Positions 13,004 to 26,203 of a DNA stretch of 32,880 nucleotides are shown one piece after another (the first letter of the stretch is position 1; the number at the start of each line of letters is the position of its first letter). A program made the position numbers and the translations under genes. Where the stretch lies: the NCBI RefSeq assembly GCF_006345805.1, contig NW_021829611.1:1-32880 (forward strand), given 5' to 3'. The notes beneath the pieces were generated by a model. That model was not told the DNA's origin. It made no database searches and was given only the letters and a program-made list of their open reading frames with translations. The DNA is from Octopus sinensis (Eukaryota).

Positions 13004-13237
13004 CTTGTCTACAATAGGCACATGGTCTGAAATAGGGACAACCTTTACGTTTGACTCTCGTAGCTGCCGCATCGTTTCGATCACAATTCTCAGGCTACGC
13101 ATATGTCCCTTTTTTTCAGTGCATACCGTGTATACTTACTTTTTTTTTAACATTTCATTGTATGTAAACACTTTATGTCTTTCGCACTTGTGGAAAATAA
13201 ATAAAATCATTATTATTATCATTATTATTATTAAAGC

Positions 13238-13800
13238 CACAAGCTGGCAGAATCATTAGCACGCTGGACGAAATGCATAGCGGTATTTCGTCCGAGCTGG
13301 TAGAAACGTTAGCACGCCGGGCGAAATGCCTAGCGGTATTTTGTCTGCCGTTACGTTCTGAGTTCAAATTCCGCCAAGGTCGACTTTGCCTTTCATCCTT
13401 TCGGAGTCGATTAAATAAGTACCAGTTACGCACTGGGGTCGATGTAATCGACTTAATCCGTTTGTCTGTCCTTGTTTGTCCTCTCTGTGTTTAGCCCCTT
13501 GTGGGTAGTAAAGAAATAGGTATTTCGTACGCCTTTCCATTCTGAGTTCAAATTCTGCCAAGGTTGCCTTTGCCTTTCATCCTTTCGGGGTCGATAAATT
13601 AAATACCAGTTACGCGCTGGGGTCGATGTAATCGACTCATCTCCTCCCCGAAAATTTCTACCCTTGTGGCAAAATTTGAGGCCATTATTATTATGTTTAT
13701 CATTATGAAGAGAACGATGGATTGGTAGAATCGTTGGATCGTCGGACACAATGCCGCGAGCAGGTTTTTCGGAACTTTAGGTTTTAAATTCAAATCCTGT
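13238..13800 (+). mobile_element. Cluster of SINE family A copies: duplicated 5' head, full body, second body 13520-13690, degenerate head 13725-13800
   Basis: A-box-like tggcagaatcattag and B-box-like gagttcaaattcc. The body ctttgcctttcatcctttcgg(a/g)gtcgat..taccagttacgc occurs twice. Confidence 0.9.
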
Positions 13801-13959
13801 TGAGTTTAACTGAGCCCTCGATTTAATGGAATGTGCCGTTATCCAAATATATTTGACCTGGCGCCATATGTTGTAAACCAGTGTATTTTTTTAATCATGA
13901 GCCACTGTCAACAGGGGATTGGATATCGGATAGTACTTATATGGTAATAAAGACGTATA

Positions 13960-14300
13960 GGAAATATATTTGAAATTATGAAATGAATTGAGAAAAAACA
14001 AATGTAAAAAGTAAGGGAGGAAAGCAACAAGAAGAGAAATATATGGCGAAGGGAATAGAGAACAGATAAATAGTAAGAGAGAGAGAGAGGGGGGAGAGGA
14101 GAAGGGGAAGAAAGTGAGGGAGAGAAGGACATGATTTAATACGTAAAGCAAATAAAACGGAAGAAAAGAATATCTGGAAAGATAATAGGGAAGGAAGAAG
14201 AAAAGAAGAAAAACAGAAGACAAACAGAAATAAAGGAAGGTAAGAAGGAAAGGAAGAAAGGAAGAAAAGCAAGGAGAAAGGCAGGAAAGGAGGAAGGAAG
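13960..14300. repeat. Purine-rich (GA/GAA/GGAA) low-complexity tract
   Basis: Direct reading; explains the F/L/S-rich minus-strand ORFs. Confidence 0.9.
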
Positions 14301-14449
14301 TGCTGTTTAAATACAAAAGGATTATTAGAGTTTAGACTGTTTAAGTGGTTTAAAAGTCGTTCAATTGCCAGAGGTAGGGCAATTAAGATACGCTATATGT
14401 ATAATACGTGGGAAATGTCGATCGCCACTTCTCATACTCATATTTACGA

Positions 14450-14666
14450 GCGTACATATACACACATAAATATATACACAGGTAACTCATATATACTGAT
14501 ACACACTCATACACGATCACACACGCACCGACACACAAGCACGTGTAATATGTATGATGTATTATGCACATACACACACACACGTATACATACATATAAA
14601 TACACACATACATGTGTGTGTGTACTTGTATATATACATGTATGTACATATGTGTATGTATATACG

Positions 14667-14699
<33 letters not shown>

Positions 14700-14784
14700 T
14701 ATACACATATATATATATATATGTTACATTCGTATATACATGCACACATATACATGTATGTATGCATATATGTATGCATATATC

Positions 14785-14839
<55 letters not shown>

Positions 14840-14841
14840 TA

Positions 14842-14915
<74 letters not shown>
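14450..14915. repeat. Compound CA/AT/AG microsatellite field
   Basis: Direct reading. Confidence 0.93.
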
Positions 14916-14918
<3 letters not shown>

Positions 14919-14942
14919 GGTTGAAAAGGAACACACGAGTTG

Positions 14943-15095
14943 ATATATATGGAAAAAAAATGTCAAGGTAGAAAATGCTAAAATAATTTTATAAAAAACA
15001 TTTCAGTACCGGTTTCAGTCATTGAGATTTTTTCAAATGTAAGTATGGAAAACAATTATAAAATTATTTTACCATTTTCTACCTTGGCTTTTTTT

Positions 15096-15105
<10 letters not shown>
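14943..15105. repeat. Inverted-repeat element: ~50-bp arms (14943-14994, 15056-15105) and 61-bp spacer, embedded in (AT)n
   Basis: Left arm atatatatggaaaaaaaatgtcaaggtagaaaatgctaaaataattttataa; reverse complement of right arm atatatatggaaaaaaagccaaggtagaaaatggtaaaataattttataa. Confidence 0.92.
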
Positions 15106-15151
<46 letters not shown>

Positions 15152-15267
15152 TCGTGTGTGTGTGTGTGTGTGGTGTGTGTGTGTATGTATGTATGTATGA
15201 ATGTATGTATGTATGTGTGTGTTTGTGTATCTAGATTTGTTCCCCACCACTGTGGCCGATTTGTTCG

Positions 15268-15413
15268 ACGAAAAGGCGGTGCTCCAGCATGACTGCAGTC
15301 AAATGACAGAAATGAATAAAAGAATATACGAAGTTACCTTCGCACATATTCTTATACTTTTATTCTTTTACTTGCTTCAGTCATGTCTCTGCGGCCATGC
15401 TGGAGCACCGCTT
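15268..15413. mobile_element. Two inverted 3' tails of SINE family B
   Basis: aaggcggtgctccagcatgactgcagtcaaatgac on plus and aaagcggtgctccagcatggccgcag on minus; both match 29395-29445. Confidence 0.75.
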
Positions 15414-15495
15414 TAAATATATACACTTATACATCCATACACACAGCCAGTTACACAAATACAAAAAACACATGCATACAGTCACATACACACAT

Positions 15496-15529
<34 letters not shown>

Positions 15530-15734
15530 CCCCTCTCTCTCTCTCAGAGGACCTTTGAGTCACACATATGCATATTTAAACGCGTACACATAAATATGCA
15601 CTCACTTATACACACACATACACACACGCAAAATCGTTCACAAACAACTTGTAAAACCATTTGCTACACCTAATCATACACTTATACATATATCTTCTTT
15701 AAAATACTCATAGACATGTCAGTGTGTACGCAGA

Positions 15735-15804
<70 letters not shown>

Positions 15805-15812
<8 letters not shown>

Positions 15813-16630
15813 CACACAACATATTCTCATTCATTTATCAATCTTTGGACTGCGAGAAATAGTAGCCAAAATCACCCTGAAATCACACTCTGCAGCCTTG
15901 ACAGAGAATGTGTTTATAATCATAAGCAAAAATTACTGCGAGTGCACAAGGCATTTTAAGCTCGTATTGACCAGGGTGGGAAAGCTGGGGAACTGCACTA
16001 GACTCTAGTTTGATTTGGCATGATTTCTTCGGCTGGATGCCCTTACCTTTAATGCCAACCATTTTACAGAGTGGACCGGCTGCTTTTACGTAGCAGTGTC
16101 ACCTGTGCTTTTTATCACCAGAGCGACCGGTCTTAACACTCCTGCTGTGGAATGTGGGTCTTCTTGAGTACAGTATATATGTGTACACACACGCACACAA
16201 ACACACACACACCACACACACACACGCACACACACACAACATATTCTCATTCATTTATCAATCTTTGGACTGCGAGAAATAGTAGCCAAAATCACCCTGA
16301 AATCACACTCTGCAGCCTTGACAGAGAATGTGTTTATAATCATAAGCAAAAATTACTGCGAGTGCACAAGGCATTTTAAGCTCGTATTGACCAGGGTGGA
16401 AAGCTGGGGAACTGCACTAGACTCTAGTTTGATTTGGCATGATTTCTTCGGCTGGATGCCCTTACCTTTAATGCCAACCATTTTACAGAGTGGACCGGCT
16501 GCTTTTACGTAGCAGTGTCACCTGTGCTTTTTATCACCAGAGCGACCGGTCTTAACACTCCTGCTGTGGAATGTGGGTCTTCTTGAGTACAGTATATATG
16601 TGTACACACACGCACACAAACACACACACA
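15805..16630. repeat. Near-perfect tandem duplication with a 420/419-bp period, bounded by (CA)n
   Basis: atattctcat at 15821 and 16241. The unique parts are identical except one G indel (gggtgggaaag vs gggtggaaag). Confidence 0.97.
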
Positions 16631-16947
16631 CACACACGTAAAACATATACAAATATACATGTGTGTATGTTTATGTATTTTTACACAATCACATCTAACT
16701 CATCCGTATTATATTAGGCAGATGCCTAATATGCTCAGGTATATGTCCGTGCCCATGCGTCTGTATATTTGTTTTTGTTATTGTTTAGGCCGAGATGAAC
16801 GTGATCGATCAGTCAGTCCTACGATCAAAAGTTTGCTCATTGTGGCGATTCTTTCAAAGCAGAGTATAAATTAAACAGTTAGCTGCCATTTGTAGCAGGT
16901 CGAATGATTGTATAGAGACTCAGTGCCCCGCATTTTGTCAGCCCCAC

Positions 16948-16948
<1 letters not shown>

Positions 16949-16998
<50 letters not shown>

Positions 16999-17110
16999 TT
17001 GTCTCTGTCTGTGTCTGTCTTTCTGAATGATTGTCAGTTTGTCTGCCTGTCTCTCTTTCTCTCTCTCTCTTTCTCTTGTCTCTGTCTGCTTGTCTCTCTG
17101 TCTGTCTCTC

Positions 17111-17148
<38 letters not shown>

Positions 17149-17170
17149 GTCCCTCTGTCCCTCTCTCTCT
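16949..17170. repeat. (CT)n/(CTGT)n polypyrimidine microsatellite
   Basis: Direct reading. Confidence 0.95.
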
Positions 17171-17418
17171 TCTCCTCTATATGTTTGTATCTTTGTCTGT
17201 GTGTTCTTTATGGTGAACGGTTGTGCTTACGTGCAGGTATAGAAGAAATTCGTATTGAAATATGAAAACAAAAATAGGTTACAGCATTTGAAAAACGTCG
17301 TGAAAACAATTTGAATGGTTGCCAGACTATTGTGCTTGAGATTTTTTTGAGGGGTGGGGTGTAGTCACACACACACACATGCAGACACACACTCTCCCTC
17401 TTCCTCCCTCCTGCTGTA

Positions 17419-17462
<44 letters not shown>

Positions 17463-18524
17463 ACATACACGTACATAAATACATACATCCATAAAACATA
17501 CCACATCCTTCTTTGTATAGTGAGCCGGTGAAGGTGCCACTCTGCTGTAACTCAATCCACTGGAAATAGAAGCCAAAACTGTCGCCTTAAAAGTGAAATA
17601 ATACAGTAGGCAGAATTACCTAACGCGCAAAAAACCTAGATGACCTCCGTCGGATGACTTGAACTTTTGACAACAAATCTCACTGGTCCACTGGGCTTCG
17701 TTTGGGTCTAGACAAAAATACAGGTGCTGGCGTTTACTATTATTTATTTAAAGTAATATTTTAAATTTCCTAACCCTCATCTGAAATATCTTCTGATACT
17801 TCATTGCTCTGACGTTAACTCGAACGCAGCTCTGATTAAAGAAGCACATAGCCAAGAGTGTTCAAGCCATAAACCGTCATGTCCTTCTACAAGGCAAACT
17901 TATATCTGGGATCATGCATGAGATCATTTTGGATACAGATGTCTAGTTCAAGTTATAAACAGAATACGGCGAGATTTTACAGAGAGTTAGTTACAAGTTC
18001 AATCTTAATGAGGGCCACATGAAGATATTATTTTGCTTGATAGTAAAACTTTAACGGGGAATTGCTTTGGTATCTGATCTGTCGTTAACAGCTTTTTTTT
18101 CATCTAAAATGTTTGAATGATCGTTATACTTGCGTAATATATATGTGACGTTACTTCATCTAACCAAAGGGTATAGGTGAATATGCGTTTATTTAAAGTG
18201 TGGCTGTTATCTTAAGCACTTTCTTCTTAACACGGCATTAAGTTAAAGTCATGGTTAAAGGACCGTTATATAAAACTATAGTTACATGAACTCTTTACAT
18301 TACACTACCTTTTAATTGATTGCTATGTGGTTAATAACCGAGTTCGTTAGAGGAGCTTACTGTGTTAACCTCACAACTCACTGGATCCATATCTTTTACT
18401 ACTAATATATATATATATTAAAGATTATTTGCCAACATAATGTAGCAGTTCTGGCTATACGACACGCTTTCTGCGTCCCTATATTTTTGAACAAAAGAGC
18501 TTAGCGTCCCCACTCAGCTCATAT

Positions 18525-18647
<123 letters not shown>

Positions 18648-18835
18648 GAGGGAGGGAGGGAAATATGAGGGGTTTAGTTCACTTGTGATCTAAACGAATA
18701 GAGACGCTATGTATGTGCTATAATTGGTCATCTCCGTTAGGTCCCAAGTTTATAGATGAGGCTGGAGCTAGGGATCCGTAGTTGGCTTCCGAGTTAGCAG
18801 GTACATACTAGAGGGAAAAGTACAATAAAACCATA

Positions 18836-19461
18836 GTAGGACGAGTATCTCAAGTCATTTAGAAAATTTTATTAGAGTAAGGTGAATCTGAGGTAATTAA
18901 TTAGTTAATTAATTAATCATTGGATGTCTTACAGTTGTTTCTGAGGTATCCCAAGTGTTAGGTTAGCATCTCTTTACGTTAATAATCGTTTTAAAGATGT
19001 CAGCTTCGAATTTATCCAGCTGACAGCTGTGAGAAGGATTGCTGTTGGATCTAAGGTTATATTTACTAATGCTACTATCATCGAGTTCGTGTCAATTATC
19101 GTAGAAGAAAGACTTCCATCTCATCTATCTGATAAGGTCTTTAATTTTGCTAAGTAAAAATAGGAGGAAAGTATTTTGAGATAGAATGGGTATGTCTTCT
19201 ACGATAATAGACACAAACTTGATGATAGTAGCATTAATAAATATAATTTCGGTTCTACAAAAATCCTCCTCACAACTCTCAGCTGGATAAATTCGAAGCT
19301 GATATCCTTAATATGATTAAGAACTTATGGTAATGCTAACCTATCACTTGGGATATCCAAGAAACAGGTGTAAGAATCCAATAATTAATTAATTAACTAA
19401 TTACTTCAAATTCACATTACTCTAATGAAATATTCTAAATCACTTGAGATAATCGTCCTAC
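18836..19461. repeat. Long foldback element: inverted arms of ~270-290 bp around a ~50-80-bp spacer
   Basis: Left arm gtaggacgagtatctcaagtcatttagaa..cagcttcgaatttatccagctga..attatcgtagaaga aligns along its length with the reverse complement of ~19193-19461; roughly 80% identity by eye. Confidence 0.92.
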
Positions 19462-19616
19462 CTTGTTTTTTTGTCCTTTTTCTTCTACTATATATATGCA
19501 TATATATGAATGTATGCATGTATGTATGCATTATGTGAGTGTGTTTGTGCCTGTGTGCGTGTGTGTGTATGTGTGTGTGTGCGTGCGTGCATGTATGTAT
19601 GTACGTATGTATATGG

Positions 19617-19835
19617 TTCAAAATCTAGGAAAAAAAGCTCCACAAACCAGAAGACAGAGACGAGTAAAGGTACACCAAGCAAGGTGTATTAGTTTGACAC
19701 TCAGGCAAAATGGAAAGCTTTTGACGTTTCGAGTCTACGCTCTTCTACATGAAGCAATAAGAAAAGAAAACAGCGGAGAGAGGTAAAAAATAAAAAAATA
19801 TGGAGATTATAAAAACGTCTTTCGATTAACGATTT
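19617..19835 (-). mobile_element. Microsatellite-embedded repeat resembling a Penelope-type terminal (pLTR) segment
   Basis: Minus strand reads agaagagcgtagactcgaaacgtca (19718-19750), like the ..gaaga..cgaaacgtc motif of PLE termini; the core is not intact. Confidence 0.4.
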
Positions 19836-19856
19836 CATGAAGGTACATATACCTGC

Positions 19857-20306
19857 GTACGTGCGCGTGTGTATGTGTGTGTGCGTGCGTGTGCGTGTGC
19901 GTGCGTGCGTGCGTGTGCGTGCGTGCGTGTGCGTGCGTGCGTGTGCGTGCCTGTGTGTGCATGTGTGTGCGTGTGTGTGTGTATATACGTTGATGGCAAT
20001 GGAGAATGCAGAAAATTCATTATTGTTTCAGCACTTGAAAAAATCCTCGAACTGCAAGAAGATCGTACTATTAAAATGTCCGCGGCATTGAACATTGAAA
20101 TCGTTAAAGTAAATTTGTTACTTTATAAATGTGTTGAGCTAGTCTTTCCTTTGAGGCAATCACACCAAGTACACTATGCCTCTCTCTTTTTCTCTCTCCT
20201 ATGTACATATTGATAAAAATGGTAAGACTACAAAAGAATGAAAGAAACCTCGATATTATGTAAATATTATTTTATACATACATACACGCATGCATACATA
20301 CATACA

Positions 20307-20377
<71 letters not shown>

Positions 20378-20382
20378 CATAT

Positions 20383-20481
<99 letters not shown>

Positions 20482-20482
20482 C

Positions 20483-20552
<70 letters not shown>

Positions 20553-20781
20553 CATACATACACACATATATATATATAGCTAGGTTTGAAACTCTGAATT
20601 CTGAGATGTAAAATGGCCATAACTAATACATACAATAAATTTATTCCATCAAAGGTATCGAGTTCCCTTCATTCCGTCCGTAAACCCAATTTGTATGTGG
20701 AAATACTTGAAAATATACAATCACGATTGCATATGTGAGTGTGGTGCGTGTGTGTGTGTCTACGTGTGTGTGTGTGTGTGC

Positions 20782-20815
<34 letters not shown>

Positions 20816-20830
20816 CAGTGTGTATGTGTG
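19857..20830. repeat. (GT/GCGT)n, (AT/ATAC)n and (GT)n microsatellite fields with short unique spacers
   Basis: Direct reading. Confidence 0.9.
20211..20265 (+). mobile_element. Truncated second copy of the left end of the 26100-26430 element
   Basis: tgataaaaatggtaagactacaaaagaatgaaagaaacctcgatattatgtaaat vs 26100-26154 tgataaaaatggtaagacaacaaaagaatgaaagagacctcgatattatgtaaat (2 differences). Confidence 0.9.
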
Positions 20831-21099
20831 TAATGTATTACTCTGAGAGGATTTATAAGACCCATTTACTTTGAGGTCAAATAGACGCGTCATGTGAGTC
20901 TTCATAAGTCATTAGATGTTTTAACATATCGGAACGATAGCGATACGCTTTCGCTTGAATAATGTATGATCTCTCGGCTTGTTGATATAATGGCTGTCGA
21001 TGAGGTAGACAACAGCAAGCACAACAACAAAAACAGCAAGCACGATGATAACTACGGACGACCACCATGATGATAATGACTGCGACTACGACGTCTTAT

Positions 21100-21209
21100 G
21101 ACACTGATGGCAGCGGCGGCGGCGGCCGTGGTGGTGGTGGCGGTAGTGGAGGTGGTGATGGCTGTTGTTGTTGTTGTAGTAATAGTTGTTGTTGTTGTTG
21201 TGTTGTTGT

Positions 21210-21280
<71 letters not shown>

Positions 21281-21416
21281 GGTGGTGGTAGTGGTGGTGG
21301 TGTTGGTGGTGATGGTTGGTGGTGGTGATGATTATGATGTTGACGATAATAGCGATGATGGCAACAGTGGCGATAACGCTGATGTCAGTAAAGGAAATGG
21401 TGGAGCTGATGATGAC

Positions 21417-21475
<59 letters not shown>

Positions 21476-21510
21476 CGATGACGACGACGACGACGACGAC
21501 GACGATGATC
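21100..21510. repeat. Trinucleotide mosaic (GGC/GGT/GTT/GAT/GAC)n
   Basis: Direct reading; the poly-C/V/L/D/M/S ORFs in several frames are artefacts. Confidence 0.95.
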
Positions 21511-22575
21511 TGGAGGGCACCAAGGTATAAAGTAGAGATGTCATTAAAGTGGTAGAAATGAACGAAAATGTCAAAAATAAAAAATGTCTACTACGATGAT
21601 GACGATATTGATGGTAACAATAATTAAGACAAAGATACTTTGTCTTACACGTATTTTTAGAATTCCAGGTCAACTATGACCAACGAGATACGTGATCACA
21701 GACTTTCCAACGTGACCTATACCTTCTATTAAAGCTTATCTAGGAACATACTATCCAGTATGTCGGCATTTCTTTTCAAGACGGTATAGTTTTGAATTGA
21801 TGACTATTTATCGGTTATTTCTATCAGGTCGACACTCCATGATTGGTCATTATAAGCCACATACTTCTGCTATTGCTGGTCACAGAGTGCAGCTGCTTGT
21901 GTTACTGGTTGTATATAAATATGAATATATGAGAATGTATGTATGTATGTAAGTATGTATGTATGTATGTATGTATGTATGTATGTATGGAGAGGGAGAC
22001 AGAATGACAAAGTAAGAGGAAGAGAGAGAAGGAGAAACAGAAATAAATAATGGGTGAATTGGTAAGGCAGTATCAACGAATCTCCGATCATTAATCATTA
22101 ATTCAATAAGACATCAAAGTTTTATCATAGCGTGACATTGTAGTGGACTGTGTGAGTGTTGATGGTGATGGCGTCGGTATTCGTAGAGGTAGTAGTAGTA
22201 GTAGGTGTGTGGAGTGAGGTGTGGGAGACATGGTTAAGGATTTGTTGATGTCTTCAACTTGTTTTATGTGGCTCAGTTTAAATCTCCCGAAGAGGCGAGC
22301 AAGCATCAGATGTCGCTAGATTTGAAAGGGGATATGTTTGTGTGTGGTGTGAAAATATATACTTCCTATAAATCGAAAATAGATATGTATATTTCATATA
22401 TACTACATATACGCATGTGTGTGTACGTGGGGGGTGCGTGCGTGTGTGTATGTGTGTTTGTATGTATGTATACATATGGAGAGTCGGATTATATCTTTGT
22501 CTATGTGCGCGTTCGTTATTATAAGCTGGTTGACCAAACTGAAGTATATCCTCGTGCGTCTGCATATATATATAT

Positions 22576-22620
<45 letters not shown>

Positions 22621-25600
22621 TATATATATATATACACTCACACACACACACACACGTATATATATACAGGTTTCTCCTCAGTCTTGTCGACGTCATTCTC
22701 AAATTCGTCATAGTTGGCTTAAATTTTGTCATCATCAGTTTCAATTACCTTGTCATGTCTTGATTTCGTCATCGGCAACTTAAATGTCAGGAATAGAGTT
22801 TGACATCTGTGAATATTTGTCACACAATCGTTAAAGAATGTAGATTTTAGAAAGCCGCTTCAAGGATTACAAGTATTGTATAATAAAAATTGTCGTACTG
22901 AACATTATTATAAATAAACCCATTTTGTACACCAGATGTAGATAAAATACATACTATACTACAGGTATATACAACACGACAAAACTGAATGAAATCAGTT
23001 TAATTTTTTATTCCTTATTTCCATTCTTTTAACTCTCATAACATTCCTAAAATATCAAGCTCCGACAGTGAAAGCCATCCTGGTATCGATAAATATATTA
23101 ACGTACCTAAATTCAGGTTTCTCCCCTCAAATTCGTCCTTATTCATCTCAATCTCGCCAGCCTCGAATTCGCCAGCATCAACCTCATATTCATTATCTTC
23201 CGCTTAGGTTATCAATATGTATTTTGTCGTAGTCAGCTCCAATGTTATCAGAACAGAAATGGATCGAATTTTGTTTACATTCATGAACAGATATTAACAT
23301 GAATGATTACGGTTCGCAGAATTGTATTCATTATCCTCATTGCTTAACTCTCTCAATATTCTCGTAAAAAGTTCCATTCATTCATCGGTAATCAACGCCA
23401 ACCTTGTGTTTACATATTTACGCACGTAGATCTATTAAAAAGGAAGAATATTTTGTCTTAAAATTCTATATGCGTCCCATTTATGTTTGTATTCATCTTT
23501 AATCAATCTTCGACATTGTGCACAACTGTTTAATTATCCCGCTTCACTCATTGAAGGGACCTTTTCATGCTCTACCTGTTAGAAATAACAATTAATTCTC
23601 CTCCATATTGTGCCCTACCACCTTAATAAATGAGGCCTCCTTCAAAATAATGTATCCCTAGTTATAGAACTCCAGAACATAATTTGGGATGGTAAACTAT
23701 ACCAATCAGTCTTCTGCTGGTTATAAGACGTCGGTGTATGTATTGACTATTTTCTTTTCTGTTGTTATTGCTTAGACCAAGTCATCTGTCATTGGCCAGG
23801 CCTATGACGAATCACTTCTATCTTGCCTTTCTCTTTATTTTGAGAACTTATATGATCAATATTTTAGGAAGATTCCTCAATTGCCATACTTGTTAAGCTG
23901 TTACAAATTTACTAACTTAAACTAGCTTGACCTCAGTGTTAATTTTCACTTTCCTGTTCCGGTCAAATTTAATCCATGTCTTCCTTCCAGTAAATTCCAG
24001 AAAGTGAATAAAAATTTGTGAATTGACATTTAAGATCGAAATTAAGCAATATATAGACATCAGCAAGGGGAAGAACAGATCAATCGTAGGTAAAGTCTAC
24101 TCGTAGATATGACTATGTTGTTAAGAATGTGATGTCGTAAACTCGTAGTTACGAGATCAATCCCACACTTCGACACTTTGAGTAAGCGTCATGTACATGA
24201 AATTGGGTGCTTGAAATCGATGCAAAAGTGCATCAGGTAGACTTCATGTTTAGTATCGTGCTGTCGCCCTTGTTTGCCTTTAACTGAGTCCAATTTGTTG
24301 CATTCATTCTGATCTTCTCTCCAACTCGAGGATTACACAAAGCGTGTGTGTGTGTATGCGTGTCTGCGTATCCTTGTGTCTAAGGACTACACAAAGTGTG
24401 GTATTGCTGTATCCTGCTGTAGCAACCTGTGAGTTGTTGATTCTTCCACCCTTTGCGCCAGATTTGGAGGTCTATACAAAAATAGTGCACGGCCCTTCTT
24501 TGTCAAGTTTTTTTTTTTAAATAAGCTCACTTACGAGTCTTACACAAGCATCTACTCAATGGCGGTTGATTAAATATTTGATCGTCTACCATTTCAGCTA
24601 CTCAAATTACGAGTTAAGGCCACTCTGTCAGAAATGTAGCTAAATCCCCCTGAAATCACAACCAGTCCTAAAAAGACGGGATGGTCACAAGTGGAATACT
24701 TTAATTATATGTCCGTCTGCTATAGCAGACTTTGATCCCAACAACAACTTGTTACATTATATACTGTAAATTGTTTCTGCTTATTTAAACAGTATTACAT
24801 CGGTAGATATCAACCCAAATTTTCCTTCACTTCTTGTTTTATATTATCGGCTTTCCTAGTATGAGAATTGGATGAAATAACACTGTTAGGTGAACGAACG
24901 CTTCTATAATCGCCCTTATTCAGTACTGTTGAATAAAGCAACGCTCATTAATTTTATAGTGACTTCATTACTTATAATAGTGAGTTGCATTATATATTAC
25001 GTGCCTATTTTTTTTTTATTTTGTAGAATGAAATAACCATTAGTGTTAAAAAAAACATTGGTAATAACACAGTGTCAATGATCTGTGATGAACCAATCGC
25101 TAACTGGTTACTAACAGTTAACAGCGATGACTGCCGTCTACTTTCACTTTTGATCTTTTTCAAAGTTGCCACTAGGTCTATATATGTGTATACGAGCGTT
25201 ATTTCATTTATATATGGTTTTTTTTTGTTACATTTGTCTGCGGAAGCAAGATTATTGCAATTGTTAACAGAACTGCAGTCATGTAATAGCAGGTTCATTC
25301 CCGCATCGCGGTGCCTCGGCAATAGTCTTCTATGATTGCTCTGTGAGTAAAATTAGACGGACTGAAACAGTCTGTATCGTTAAAAGAATCGATATTTCGT
25401 TCAAAGAGTATAAAGGCTGTGACACTGATTCTGTTTTTAATATCACATTAAGTTAACATGTCTTTGAGTAACTTAGAATCTATTTCCATTGTATGTCTGA
25501 CTCTTTGTGTGTGTGTTATTGTGTCTGTACTTTTCACTTCTTTCCATTCAAAACAACAGGCATTTTCATCATTCATTCTGAAGGAACACCTTGATGCCTA

Positions 25601-26032
25601 TCTCCTATTGGCCTCGGCAGCCACAAAGTCCCCGCAGCAGTCGTAGACAGCTGTTTTCATGAGTGGTGGGGGATTTTTTTCCTCAAACTAAAGAGCAGTG
25701 GGAACTGTTAGATAATACATTCATTTATTACATTTGTCTCATGACAAATAAAATCCATGACCGACCATTGCGTTTAACTGTTTTGATTCATGTCCACGAC
25801 TTGACACGCTTTTCATTTTGTTGCATTTTTATCTCTGTTTGGTCACCAACTTTCTCATCGCCTCTTCCTTGTATCTACATACAGATAATACCTATGGTTG
25901 TTTGCACACATGCACACACAAATAGCGGTAGATATATGTATATGACTGTGTATGCATACAGTGAGTACACACACACACACACACATATATATATACATGT
26001 ATGTATATGCATATATATATATATGTATATAC

Positions 26033-26063
<31 letters not shown>

Positions 26064-26203
26064 ATATATATAACATATATATATATACACATATATATAT
26101 GATAAAAATGGTAAGACAACAAAAGAATGAAAGAGACCTCGATATTATGTAAATAGAGGAATTTATCTGTTAATGTAATATGTGACAATTATTTGGTAGC
26201 CAT

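Noticed and set aside
19718-19750. Hammerhead-like agaagagcgtagactcgaaacgtc on minus
   Set aside because: GAAACGUC is present but the CUGANGA box and stem I are not intact; treated as a decayed PLE-type terminus, not a ribozyme.
21067-21673. Poly-Asp, poly-Cys, poly-Val and poly-Ser ORFs
   Set aside because: Pure trinucleotide mosaic.
24529-24600. gtaagt donor with a short upstream ORF (MVDDQIFNQPPLSRCLCKT)
   Set aside because: Overlaps a degenerate repeat-like tail and lacks a good acceptor; phase does not match the 6927-7021 candidate.
25005-25335. Overlapping 105-aa (minus) and 87-aa (plus) ORFs
   Set aside because: No recognisable motif or convincing splice sites; such lengths are expected by chance in this window.
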